A stretch of 64,000 nt of DNA from a bacterium (GCA_040756235.1 JBFLZG010000084.1:1-64000), one strand, 5' to 3'. Positions 17,830-27,564 are shown, counted from the first letter of the stretch. The notes: generated by a model not told the origin, from the sequence alone. Numbers and translations: made by a program.

Positions 17830-19446
17830 TTATTCGATCTCCAGCCCCTGCTCCCAGCCGGGGACCTCCCAGGTCCGGCGGATCACCTGTCCGGACTTGG
17901 CGCCGGTCAGCTCCTTGTGGTCCACCACCACTTCGCCGTTCACGATGACGTAGGAGATCCCGTCCGGCGGATCGAGATAGTGGCCGGGCGCGCAGTAGGC
18001 GGTGTCGATGATCGTGTTCGGGTCGAAGATCACGATGTCCGCGTCGCAGCCTGCCTGGAGCCGGCCCTTCTTGTCCAGGCCGAACCAGAGCGCCGGGGCC
18101 GCCGTGGCCTTGTAGAGCGCCTGCATCAGATTCAGGACTCCATTGTCCCGCGCCCAGTGCCCGATCATCCTGGCAAAGGAGCCGGCCGCTCTCGGGTGCG
18201 GCTGGAGGAGTTCCTGCGTGTCGGGGTCCCGCCTCACGTAGCCATCGTTTCCGACGAAGACGAACGGTTCGGCCAGGGCGAGCATGGTGTTCGCCGGCCG
18301 GAGGATGTAGCAGATGAGACTGGGGCTTTCCGCACGGCCGGCCACGATCATGTCCATGATGTACTGGGCCTGCTCGATGCTCTCGACAAAGGAGTAAGCG
18401 GGCAGATACAGCTCGCCGTCCACATAGACGTCCTCGGTGGTCTGGAAATCCTCGGGCTTGACGTCCGCCACGGCCATGATGATCTTGAGCGGGATCTGGC
18501 CGTAGCGGGCGATCGTGAAGAAGTCGTTCGGGAAGGAATCGGCCCCGATCACGTCGACGGCGACGTTGAGCCCTTCTTCGTGGAGCGCCTTGGAGATCAC
18601 GCCCAGGGCGAAGCCTGTCGTGCCCCGCCCGTAGGTCACGTCCGTCAGATGCGAGATCAGGTAGGGCACGCCGGTCTCCCGCGCCGTGTCGAGGGCTTCA
18701 TCGAGCGGCATGGCGAGCATGATGTCCCACAGGTTATAGATGTTGTCCCGCATGTGGGTGGCCGCCATCCCGCCCAGGCGCTCGGCTTCCGCCGCCGTGG
18801 CCACCATCTCCTCATAGGTGCACCCGGGGCTGTAAAAGGCGCCGAAGGAGACCCCGAAGCTGCCGTCGACCATGTCCTGGGTCAGCAACGGAACCATCTG
18901 CTCGATCTGTTCCGGGGTCGCCTCCTGGAACTTGTCCAGCCCGATCTCGGTCCGCAAGGTGTTGATCCCGGTCAGGGAGCCGTAGTTGTTGTAGAGCCCC
19001 GCAGCCTCGATCTCTGCGAAGTAGTCGGCCAGGGAGTAGTCGGAAGAGCCGCAATTTCCGCCGATCCAGGTGGTGATTCCGTCCTTCACGTAGACCTGCA
19101 TGGACTCCTGGATGATGCCCTCATGGGTGTGGGTGTTGATGAACCCGGGCGACACGACCTGTCCGGCCACGTCGATCACCCGTGCGGCCCCTTCCGCCAT
19201 GGCATCGATTTCGTCCGCATCGGTGGCAACGGCGGCGATCTTCCCGTCCTGGATGCCCACGGCCCCGGGCTGGTCCGTTGCGGTCAGCGGGTCGATGACT
19301 CTACCGTTCCGGATGACCAGATCATAGCTCTCAGCGTCCCCGGACACGTGAACGACGACTTCGTCGTCGTCCCCACAGCCGACCCCGAGGGCGGCAACGA
19401 GAGCCACAGCCGACAGGACCGATCCCACCCTCCGAATCCATTCCAT
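17830..19446 (-). CDS. Amidohydrolase (N-acyl-D-amino acid deacylase-like), predicted lipoprotein
   Basis: LGVGC lipobox, DLVIRNGRVID, PGFINTHTH, GGNCG, HPRAAGSF, KGRLQAGCDADIVIFD. Confidence 0.88.
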   Translation of the reverse strand: MEWIRRVGSVLSAVALVAALGVGCGDDDEVVVHVSGDAESYDLVIRNGRVIDPLTATDQPGAVGIQDGKIAAVATDADEIDAMAEGAARVIDVAGQVVSPGFINTHTHEGIIQESMQVYVKDGITTWIGGNCGSSDYSLADYFAEIEAAGLYNNYGSLTGINTLRTEIGLDKFQEATPEQIEQMVPLLTQDMVDGSFGVSFGAFYSPGCTYEEMVATAAEAERLGGMAATHMRDNIYNLWDIMLAMPLDEALDTARETGVPYLISHLTDVTYGRGTTGFALGVISKALHEEGLNVAVDVIGADSFPNDFFTIARYGQIPLKIIMAVADVKPEDFQTTEDVYVDGELYLPAYSFVESIEQAQYIMDMIVAGRAESPSLICYILRPANTMLALAEPFVFVGNDGYVRRDPDTQELLQPHPRAAGSFARMIGHWARDNGVLNLMQALYKATAAPALWFGLDKKGRLQAGCDADIVIFDPNTIIDTAYCAPGHYLDPPDGISYVIVNGEVVVDHKELTGAKSGQVIRRTWEVPGWEQGLEIE

Positions 19447-19876
19447 GTCCCTTCCTCCTTATGAGAGAGCCTGCCGATCCACACCACCCATGGGAACCTA
19501 TGCATTACGCTGCCTCGTGCGCGGCCCGCGGGCCGGACCCTCCGCAGCCGAGGGAACATCGAAAGGAAAAACCTGAGCGGGCATCTTCTTGCCCGGCGGG
19601 TTCCCTGCAACCGAAATAGAAATTTTTTCTAGGAAGTGGCAGCCGCCTTGCACCATCGCGACCGGGCCCCGTGGATCTCAGGGGCAACGGAGGACTTCTA
19701 CTGCGAGGAGATTGTAGTCGCGGCTTCCTCGAACAGTCAACCGAAAAGCGGTGCGCCCGCGAACGAGCTTGTTTCATCGGCCGGGCGCTTCGACTTTACT
19801 GGGGAACGCGCTTTTCTTAACATGAGATCCATAACCCGGATGTATCGCTGCTCCGGCCCGGACGGGATCGGTCATC

Positions 19877-21166
19877 ATGAGGACTTTCATGCGAGATCCG
19901 CGCAAGGGCACGATCGCCCTGATGGGATCCGGCGAGCTCGCCGCCACCATGGTGGAGGTGCACAAGGAGCTGATCGCCGCCCTGGGAGAGCCGAGGCGGG
20001 CGGCGTTCCTGGATACCCCGGCCGGGTTCCAGCTCAACGCCGACCAGATATCGCAGAAGGCCGTGGAGTACTTCCGCCGCCACGTCCGGCACCCCCTGGA
20101 AGTCGTCTCTTTCAAGTCGGCCGAGACGGCCGCTCCCTTCGAAGCCGAAAAGGCTTACGACTCCTTGCGGCAGGCCGATTTCGTGCTCGTCGGCCCGGGC
20201 AGCCCGACCTACGCACTGCGGCAGTGGCTCGGCACGCCGATTCCGGAAATCCTCGCGACACGGGTCGAGGCCGGCGGCTGCCTGGTGGCCGCCAGCGCGG
20301 CCGCCCTGACCGTGGGCAGGTTCACGCTGCCCGTCTACGAGATCTACAAGGTCGGAGAGCCGCTCCACTGGGTGGAGGGGATGGACGTGCTCGGCCGCCT
20401 CGGCTTCGGCCTGGTCGTGATCCCGCACTGGAACAACGCGGAGGGAGGAACCCACGACACCCGCTTCTGCTACATGGGCGAGCTCCGTCTCGAGAGGCTC
20501 GAATCCCTGCTGCCCGAGGACGTGAGGATCCTGGGCCTGGATGAGCATACCGCGTGCCTGCTGGACCTGGAACGAGACGAGGCCGTGGTCAAGGGAGCCG
20601 GCCGGGTCACGCTGAGAAGGCGCTGGGACGAGCTGTCCTTCGCAAGCGGAGAGCGGTTCTCCCTGGACGTGCTTCGAAAAGGGATGGTCGCAGGGGGACG
20701 GGCTGCGGCAGCGCCGCAGCCGGCCACTGCGGCTCCGACTCCCAAGCCGGCGATCGCGGCCGAAGAGGGAAGCGGTTCGGATTTCTGGGAAACGGTTCAC
20801 GCCCTGGAGACCGCCTTTCATGCAGGGATCGAGAAAAGGGAGGCGCGCGAAAGCGTCCGGGCCCTGCTCGAGCTCGATCGTCTCGTCTGGGAAGCGCAGC
20901 AGGGCTTGGAGGATCCGGAGCTCGTCTCCCAGGCCAGGGAGGTCTTCCGGGATCTCGTCGTGCTTTTCGGAGTCAAGCTCGATGCGCCTGCCGAGGACCG
21001 GTCTCAATGGCTGGCGCCTCTCGTCGGCGAGCTGCTCGAGCTGCGGCAGGTGCTGCGCCGGAGCGGCCGCTGGGAGGAGGCGGACGCGATTCGCGGCGCG
21101 CTCCAGCGGGCGAACATCGTCGTCGAGGACACGAGAGAAGGGTCCCGCTGGCACCTGCTCTTGTGA
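19877..21166 (+). CDS. Peptidase S51/cyanophycinase-like domain fused to a CysRS C-terminal (DALR/anticodon-binding-like) domain
   Basis: IALMGSGE, GPGSPTY, ASAAA nucleophile elbow, IPHWN, GLDEHT; C-terminus LRQVLRRSGRWEEADAIRGAL...VEDTREGSRW resembles the CysS end. Confidence 0.78.
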   Translation: MRTFMRDPRKGTIALMGSGELAATMVEVHKELIAALGEPRRAAFLDTPAGFQLNADQISQKAVEYFRRHVRHPLEVVSFKSAETAAPFEAEKAYDSLRQADFVLVGPGSPTYALRQWLGTPIPEILATRVEAGGCLVAASAAALTVGRFTLPVYEIYKVGEPLHWVEGMDVLGRLGFGLVVIPHWNNAEGGTHDTRFCYMGELRLERLESLLPEDVRILGLDEHTACLLDLERDEAVVKGAGRVTLRRRWDELSFASGERFSLDVLRKGMVAGGRAAAAPQPATAAPTPKPAIAAEEGSGSDFWETVHALETAFHAGIEKREARESVRALLELDRLVWEAQQGLEDPELVSQAREVFRDLVVLFGVKLDAPAEDRSQWLAPLVGELLELRQVLRRSGRWEEADAIRGALQRANIVVEDTREGSRWHLLL

Positions 21167-21174
21167 GGGACCTT

Positions 21175-21331
21175 TGTCATCCCGGCCCATGCTCGCGCGG
21201 GCTTGTAGGGGCGCTGCTTGCTGCGCCCTTTGCCGGGATCCGGGAGGTTGCATCAAGTAAGGGCGACCGCCGGTCGCCCCTACGAATCACGGGGAGCAGG
21301 GACTGGATTCCGGCCTCCGCCGGAATGACGG
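21175..21331. repeat. Cluster of REP-like palindromes
   Basis: GTAGGGGCGCTGCTTGCTGCGCCC, GGGCGACCGCCGGTCGCCCCTAC and CTGGATTCCGGCCTCCGCCGGAATGAC units. Confidence 0.75.
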
Positions 21332-21412
21332 AAAAGAGCCGGACGTCGCCCTTGCGCGGGCTCCTCCGGAACAACGGTCTCATGTGTTTCCCGGATCCGC
21401 CTCGTTTGCGGA

Positions 21413-22420
21413 ATGTCTAGGGAGTCCGCCAGCGTGCAGCTCGAGGTGACCATAGAGACCTTCGAGAGTTTTGCCGAGCTCTGGAACCGGGGCGCGCGGA
21501 CGCTTCGCTGGAGTTGCCCTTTCGTGCTGCCGCCCTGGCTCGAGACCTGGTGGCGATCCTTCGGCGGCGGGCGGACTCCGTTGCTTCTTGCCGTGAAGGA
21601 ACAGGGCCGCGTGCTCGGGATCGCGCCGCTCATGATCGAGGGGGGCGAGGCGCGTTTCATGGGCAGCGAGAACATCTGCGATTACATGGACTGCACCGTC
21701 GCGGCCGGCAGAGGACGGGAGTGCTTCCAGGCCCTTCTGCCGTTTCTCCGGCAGGAGGGTGTGCGGACCCTGGACTTGGGGCCCGTCCGCGGCGATTCGG
21801 TCGTGGTCGCGGATCTCGTTCCTGCTGCCCGGGACCTCGGGTGCGAGATCCTGTGCCGCCCGGAGGAGGTCACGGTCGAGCGGGATCTGCCCGCCACGTG
21901 GGACGACTTCCTGGCCCTGCTTTCGGGCAAGGAGCGGCACGAGATCCGCCGCAAGATGCGAAGGCTCGAGACGGCCGGAGCCGTCCGTTTCCGGGTGATC
22001 GATGACGAGGCCGGCGTGCGGCCGGGCATGGAGACTTTCCTGACCCTTTTCATGAGGAACCGGCCGGAAAAGCGGGACTTCATGACCGGACAGATGAGCT
22101 CCTTCTTTCGCGCCCTGGCCGAAAGCCTGGCCAGGCTTGCCGGCGGCGTGCTGAGACTGTCGATCCTGGAAATCGACGGGGTGCCGGCCGCGGCCGTCAT
22201 GTGCCTGGATTACGGTTCCACCGTGTACTTGTACAACAACGGATATGACGGGCGCTTCGCATCGCTGAGCGTGGGATTTCTCAGCAAAGTCCTTACCATC
22301 CGGGACGGCATTGACAGGGGCCGGGAAAAATACGAGTTTCTGAAAGGCGGCGAACCTTACAAGCTTCGGCTCGGGGGCCGGCCGGTTCCTCTCCACCGGT
22401 GCCGGGTCGGGCTCCGCTGA
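21413..22420 (+). CDS. GNAT-fold protein, CelD/BcsL (Acetyltransf_6) type
   Basis: PFVLPPWLETWW, GIAPL, CDYMD, YNNGYD, EFLKGGEPYKLRLG. Confidence 0.85.
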   Translation: MSRESASVQLEVTIETFESFAELWNRGARTLRWSCPFVLPPWLETWWRSFGGGRTPLLLAVKEQGRVLGIAPLMIEGGEARFMGSENICDYMDCTVAAGRGRECFQALLPFLRQEGVRTLDLGPVRGDSVVVADLVPAARDLGCEILCRPEEVTVERDLPATWDDFLALLSGKERHEIRRKMRRLETAGAVRFRVIDDEAGVRPGMETFLTLFMRNRPEKRDFMTGQMSSFFRALAESLARLAGGVLRLSILEIDGVPAAAVMCLDYGSTVYLYNNGYDGRFASLSVGFLSKVLTIRDGIDRGREKYEFLKGGEPYKLRLGGRPVPLHRCRVGLR

Positions 22421-22474
22421 GCCGCTGCGGAGCGCGCCCGCCCGAGCCGGCTGCGCGCCGGCAGAGGTCGAAGA

Positions 22475-23809
22475 GTGTCACGGAAGACTGTTCCACACTT
22501 CCTGAGGATCGCCATGCTCGCGGTCCATTCGAGCCCTGTCGGCGAGCTCGGGACCCAGGACACGGGGGGCATGAGCGTCTACATGCGGGAGCTCGCCCGC
22601 GAGCTGGGCAAGCTCGGACACCGGGCGGACGTCTTCACGAGGCGCCGTGATCCCGCGGAAACGGAAAGCGTCCGGATGTTCGAGAACGTGCGCCTCTTGC
22701 GTTTGCAGGCGGGCACGAACGGAGAGCTGCACAAGCTCGCCCTGTGCCCTCATCTGGGCGAATTCTGCCGGGAGCTCGAGCGCTTCCGGGCGCGGGAAGG
22801 CATCCGCTACGACATCATTCACAGTCATTACTGGCTCTCCGGCCTCGTGGGGAGCTGGTTGCGGGACCGCTGGGGCGCCCCGCACGTGATCCTCTTTCAT
22901 ACCTTGGGCGCCCTGAAGAACGCGATCATCGAGCCGGAGCCCGGACTGCGCATGACCCACGAGAAACGGCTCGCCTGCTCATGCGATCGCGTGGTGGCCA
23001 CGACCGCCAGGGAAAAGGGCTACCTCGTACGGGCCTACGGGACGTCCCCGGAGAACATCGGCGTGGTGCCGTGCGGGGTCGATCTCGATCTTTTCCGCCC
23101 GGAGGACAAGGAGAAGGCGCGACAGCGGCTCGGGTTCGACCCGGAGGACCCGCTCGTCCTGTTCGTCGGCCGGCTCGCCCCGCTCAAGGGGATCGACCGA
23201 CTGCTCGCAGCCGTGGGCCTTCTCCAGCATCGCTGCAGGCTGCGGCTGGTGATCATCGGCGGCAGCGGGGGCGACACGCCCGAGACCCGGAGGCTCGAGG
23301 CTCTGAGCGAAAAGCTGGGCATCCGGGAGCAGGTGGTCTTCCTGGGACGGATCGAGCACGGGGAGCTGCCGCCGTACTACAACGCTTGCGACGTTCTGGT
23401 CCTTCCGTCCCATTACGAGAGCTTCGGGCTCGTGGCGCTCGAAGCCCTGGCCTGCGGGACCCCGGTCGTGGCCACGCGGGTCGGGGCCATGCCGGAGCTC
23501 GTCCAGGAAGGAAAGACGGGATATCTGGCAGCGGACGGCTCTCCGTGGTCGATCTCGCGCGCGATCGAATCCGTGCTCCACGGGCGGCTTTCGCTCTCTG
23601 CCGACGGCATTCGCGCCACGGTCCTCTCCTACGGCTGGGCCCGGATCGCCTCCGGGGTGGAGCGCGAGTACAGGATCGCCCTGGGGCTTCGGGGCCTGCG
23701 GCGGGGGCAGGGCCAGGGGAAGGGCGAGTCGGGTGGCGAAGGCGAGGCGTTCTTGGCTCCGGCCGCCCGGGGCTGCTCGGCACCCCCCTGCCGACGGGAG
23801 CTCGTGTGA
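22475..23809 (+). CDS. GT4 glycosyltransferase, MshA-like
   Basis: RIAMLAVHSSP...DTGGMSVY, IHSHYWLSG, FHTLG, FVGRLAPLKG, ESFGLVALEALACGTPVV. Confidence 0.88.
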   Translation: MSRKTVPHFLRIAMLAVHSSPVGELGTQDTGGMSVYMRELARELGKLGHRADVFTRRRDPAETESVRMFENVRLLRLQAGTNGELHKLALCPHLGEFCRELERFRAREGIRYDIIHSHYWLSGLVGSWLRDRWGAPHVILFHTLGALKNAIIEPEPGLRMTHEKRLACSCDRVVATTAREKGYLVRAYGTSPENIGVVPCGVDLDLFRPEDKEKARQRLGFDPEDPLVLFVGRLAPLKGIDRLLAAVGLLQHRCRLRLVIIGGSGGDTPETRRLEALSEKLGIREQVVFLGRIEHGELPPYYNACDVLVLPSHYESFGLVALEALACGTPVVATRVGAMPELVQEGKTGYLAADGSPWSISRAIESVLHGRLSLSADGIRATVLSYGWARIASGVEREYRIALGLRGLRRGQGQGKGESGGEGEAFLAPAARGCSAPPCRRELV

Positions 23810-24501
23810 AGAATCCAGCGGACATCCTGGTGGTTTCGGCCCATCCGGACGACGCGGAGTTCGGCGCGGCCGGAACGGTTGCCCGCTGGGTCGACGAGGG
23901 CCGGCAGGTCGTCTACCTGGTCTGCACGAACGGCGACAAAGGAACCTCGGACCGCTCCCTCAGCCCGGAACGATTGGCCGAGATCCGTGAGCGGGAGCAG
24001 CTGGCTGCTGCCGCGGTCCTCGGCGTCCGCGAGGTGATCTTCCTGCGCCACCCGGATCAGAGCCTCGAGGACACGGCCTCGTTCCGGCAGGAAATCGTCC
24101 GCTGGATCCGGGAGCTCCGCCCGCGCACGGTGGTGACCTCGGACCCCTATCGCCGCTACGTCTGGCATCGCGACCACCGCATCACCGGCCAGGTCGTGCT
24201 GGACGCAGTCTTTCCCCTGGCCAGAGATCACCTCGCCTGTCCCGACCTGCTCTCCCAGGGGCTCGAGCCCCACAAAGTGAGCGAGATCCTCTTCTGGGGC
24301 GCCGAGGACATCAACCATCGTTCCGACGTCACCCGGACCTTTGATCGCAAGATGGCGGCTCTCCGATGCCATGAGAGCCAGATGCGGGAGTTCTCGAAGC
24401 CCCAGATGGAGGCATGGCTGCGCGATCGATGTCTCGAGACGGCCCGCGATGAGCCGTTCGATCTGGCAGAGGGCTTCCATCGGGTCGTCCTGCCGCCGTG
24501 A
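23806..24501 (+). CDS. PIG-L/LmbE family deacetylase
   Basis: AHPDDAE, TNGDKG, REREQ, HRDH, HESQ motifs; GTG start overlaps the upstream TGA. Confidence 0.9.
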   Translation: MKNPADILVVSAHPDDAEFGAAGTVARWVDEGRQVVYLVCTNGDKGTSDRSLSPERLAEIREREQLAAAAVLGVREVIFLRHPDQSLEDTASFRQEIVRWIRELRPRTVVTSDPYRRYVWHRDHRITGQVVLDAVFPLARDHLACPDLLSQGLEPHKVSEILFWGAEDINHRSDVTRTFDRKMAALRCHESQMREFSKPQMEAWLRDRCLETARDEPFDLAEGFHRVVLPP

Positions 24502-24551
24502 GCGGCGGCCGCGGCACACTCCGGCGTCAGGATCGCAGCTTCTTTGCCCCC

Positions 24552-24643
24552 TAGAGGCTGTCGATAAACGGCCATCTGCGGCGTTGCGCTCATCCCTCGG
24601 GATTTCGTGCGCCTTGCATCTGGCCATTTCTCAACAGCCTCTC
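24552..24643. mobile_element. MITE-like inverted-repeat element, copy A
   Basis: AGAGGCTGTCGA...TCAACAGCCTCT ends; internal CCATCTGCGGCGTTGCGCTC and GCCTTGCATCTGG are shared (inverted) with 42056 and 46962. Confidence 0.7.
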
Positions 24644-24779
24644 CTATTCGAAGAGACATGAGGCGAACAAAACGACCCTGTTTCTTTGCGTAGCCCAGGC
24701 CTACGAAAGGGGGGCGAAGAGCTCGCAGCCGATTTCCCTCTTATCCACAGCTTCTCCATGGGGGAGAGGGGAGGCCGCC

Positions 24780-26258
24780 TCAGCGACCGCTGATCGGCCG
24801 CGACTGAGCGGTCTCGGGGGCGGGCTTGACCTCCACCGTCACTTTGACGCTGGGCGGTCTCGGGTCGACGTAGCGGACATCGGGAGGGAAGAGCAGCCGG
24901 GGTATGAGGACCGTGGTCTGCGTTACCTGCCCCAGATCGATGGGCTCTGTCTGGATCTTGATTCCCTTGTCGCGCAGGGCAGGGGGAATGAGGAGGGGCA
25001 CGTTCGCAGGGGTGACCTCGATCTGCTGGAGGGTCAGCCGGGCAGGAAGGCTGCCCCGGGTGGAGACCTCGACCGGCACCTCGACGCGGAGCAGCTTGTA
25101 GGCCGCGATCTGGATGTTGTCCGGCTTGATGTTCGCCATGGAGAGGTTCGATGGGATCTGGATCATGTCCCGGGTGAGCGAGATCTTCTGCTTCCCTTCG
25201 CGAACGTTCAGCAGATCGACCGAGACCCGGAGCCTGTCCGGATCCAGGAGAAGAAAGGCCTGCTCCGGGCCGGTCAGGAGGATCTCCGCGCCCCGCACCT
25301 TCGGCTCCTCGATGACCCACTCGGAAGGCACGTTCCGGTATTCGATCGGCACCACGAAGTGCCGGCTCACCGATCCCCTCTGGTAGCCGAAGCCCAGCCA
25401 CAGCAGACAGGCCAGGAAGAGGGCCGCAGCCTTCTCCCAGAGGTTCCTTCGCAGCCGCGTGGGAAGGCCGCCGGCCCGCTTGGCCGGCGCCCGGGAGGCG
25501 TAAAAGAGATTCAAGACCCCCTGGAGCTCCTTGGGGCTTGCCAGGGCGGTGATGCGCTCCCCGTGGGCGACCGATACCACCCCCCGCTCCTCGCTCACCA
25601 CCACGCAAAGGGCGTCGCATCTCTCGGACAAGCCGAGGGCCGCCGTGTGGCGCAGGCCCATGTGCTCGAACTTGCTCGCGTTGAGGGACAGGGGCAGGTG
25701 GCACCCGAAACGAAGCAGCCGGTTGCGGTGCACCAGCGCCGCTCCGTCGTGTCCGGCCGAGTGCGGATCGAAGATGCTCTCCAGGAGAGGCTGGCTGAGC
25801 GCGCCGTCCAGGGAAACGCCGCCCTCGAGATGTCGATCGAGGGGCTCATCGCCCTGAAGCACGATGAGCGCTCCCACCCGCTTCTGGGCCAGCACCGTGA
25901 CCGCGGCCGTGAGGACTTCGATCTCGTGCGTCACGGCGCTGCCGATCGGCTCCCTCGTGAGCTTGCCCCATGTCGCCAGGCGTTCGAAGAACCTCCTGAG
26001 CTCTTCCTGGAAGATGATGACGAGGGCGAGCAGCAGGATGGCAAAGAAGCCCTGCAGGACCACGGCGGTCAAGTAGAGCTGGAAGTACCTGGCCAGGCCG
26101 TAAATGGTGCTCAGCAGGGCGATCCCGACCAGGACGAAGCGGGAGGCGGTCTCCCGGAACCAGATCAGGATCCCGTAGACCAGAAGGGAGATGATCGCGA
26201 TGTCCAGGATGTCCTGGATGCGGAATCCGTAAAAGATCGCCTGCAAGGCCTTGTCCAT
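24780..26258 (-). CDS. cdaA: Diadenylate cyclase CdaA (DisA_N) fused to a CdaR/YbbR-like domain
   Basis: Three N-terminal TM helices, IIFQEELRR, GALIV, HDGA, CHLPLS, GLRHTAALGLSE, VSEERG; then a TM helix and a YbbR-like beta-rich region. Confidence 0.85.
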   Translation of the reverse strand: MDKALQAIFYGFRIQDILDIAIISLLVYGILIWFRETASRFVLVGIALLSTIYGLARYFQLYLTAVVLQGFFAILLLALVIIFQEELRRFFERLATWGKLTREPIGSAVTHEIEVLTAAVTVLAQKRVGALIVLQGDEPLDRHLEGGVSLDGALSQPLLESIFDPHSAGHDGAALVHRNRLLRFGCHLPLSLNASKFEHMGLRHTAALGLSERCDALCVVVSEERGVVSVAHGERITALASPKELQGVLNLFYASRAPAKRAGGLPTRLRRNLWEKAAALFLACLLWLGFGYQRGSVSRHFVVPIEYRNVPSEWVIEEPKVRGAEILLTGPEQAFLLLDPDRLRVSVDLLNVREGKQKISLTRDMIQIPSNLSMANIKPDNIQIAAYKLLRVEVPVEVSTRGSLPARLTLQQIEVTPANVPLLIPPALRDKGIKIQTEPIDLGQVTQTTVLIPRLLFPPDVRYVDPRPPSVKVTVEVKPAPETAQSRPISGR

Positions 26259-26473
26259 GATGAACCGTGCCCGGGATCGACGAGGTGCGGCCGTTCCGGC
26301 CTGCCGCAAGATCGGGTGAACGTGCCCTTCAGGCCCACCATGTTTCCAGATTCGGGCCTCAAGCTCAACCTTTTTTCGGGGCTGACGTTTTGTGAAGAGC
26401 GGCGACACCCCCATTCATCCATACCACAATGCTGAAAAGCGTCCAACCCAGCAGGATCAGACCCGTCTTTGGC

Positions 26474-26503
26474 TTGACAGTCTGAATTGGACGGCTCTAA
26501 AGT
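26474..26503 (+). promoter_or_regulatory. Candidate sigma-70 promoter for corA
   Basis: TTGACA-N18-TAAAGT ~80 nt upstream of the start codon. Confidence 0.45.
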
Positions 26504-26581
26504 TGTGCGCGGCCGCGGCGGCGGCAAGCTCTGCGCCTTTCATCTGACTGGCCCGACCGAGGGCGGCAAGGACTTTCCCGG

Positions 26582-27523
26582 ATGCTCAGGACCTACAGCA
26601 TTGACGACGGCAGGATCGCCGAGGCCCCCGGCGGAGACGGCTGCATCATGGTCTTCGTGGCGCCGGACGAGGGGGAGAAGCGGCGCCTCACGCTCGAGTA
26701 CAAGATCGACGAGCACACGCTGAATTCCTCCCTGGACCCGGACGAGCTGGCCCGCCTGGAGTTCGAGCCGGAGCACGTTGCGCTCATTTACAAACGGCCC
26801 AGGAATTACTCGGGCCGCGACGGCGGCATCGCCGCCTTCAAGGTGGCCTCGAGCGGGATCTTTCTCTTCAAGAACAAGTTGATCATCGTCCAGCCCGAGG
26901 ACATTCCTCTGTTCGAAGGCAAGCACTTCGGCCGGCGCCTGGCTCTCCCCCACGTGATGCTGGGGCTCATCTACCGATCCATCTTTCACTTCCTCGAGCA
27001 CCTCAAGGTGATCAACGCGATCTCGGAGGAGCTGGAGCAGAAGATCAACGCGGCCATGGAGAACCGGTACCTGATCAACCTGTTCGCCCTGGAGAAGAGC
27101 CTGGTGTTCTATCTGAACTCGATCAACACCAACGGCGTGCTCCTGGAGAAGCTCCGGCACAACGGGACGAAGATCGGCTTCAGCGCCGAGGAGCTGGAGT
27201 TCCTGGACGACATCATGGTGGAAAACAGCCAGTGCTACCGACAGGCCGAGATCTACTCGAACATTCTGGCCAGCCTGATGGACGCCCGGGCCTCGATCGT
27301 CGGCAACAACCTGAACGTGCTGATGAAGACGTTGAACATCATCACGATCGGGATCATGGTGCCGACCTTCGTGGTGTCGGCGTTCTCGATGAACGTCGGC
27401 ATTCCGTTGAAGGACCATCGCTTTGCGTTCTGGATCATCATGGGGTTGGGCCTGGTCTCGGTCTTCGGCTTCATGCTCTTCTGGCGTTACAAGGTCAAAG
27501 GAGTAGCCGGCAAAGGTCTCTAA
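26582..27523 (+). CDS. corA: CorA-family Mg2+/Co2+ transporter
   Basis: LDPDELARLE, NNLNVLMKTL, PTFVVSAFSMNV (GMN signature present as SMN), two C-terminal TM helices. Confidence 0.88.
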   Translation: MLRTYSIDDGRIAEAPGGDGCIMVFVAPDEGEKRRLTLEYKIDEHTLNSSLDPDELARLEFEPEHVALIYKRPRNYSGRDGGIAAFKVASSGIFLFKNKLIIVQPEDIPLFEGKHFGRRLALPHVMLGLIYRSIFHFLEHLKVINAISEELEQKINAAMENRYLINLFALEKSLVFYLNSINTNGVLLEKLRHNGTKIGFSAEELEFLDDIMVENSQCYRQAEIYSNILASLMDARASIVGNNLNVLMKTLNIITIGIMVPTFVVSAFSMNVGIPLKDHRFAFWIIMGLGLVSVFGFMLFWRYKVKGVAGKGL

Positions 27524-27564
27524 CAGGGCGTGTTGCATCCACGCAGCCGGAGAGGAGAGCGATC

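Noticed and set aside
19877..21166. Cysteinyl-tRNA synthetase or MshC
   Set aside because: No HIGH/KMSKS Rossmann domain; only the C-terminal tail resembles CysS
26504..26581. Mg2+ (M-box) riboswitch in the corA leader
   Set aside because: Leader is too short and shows no recognisable conserved core
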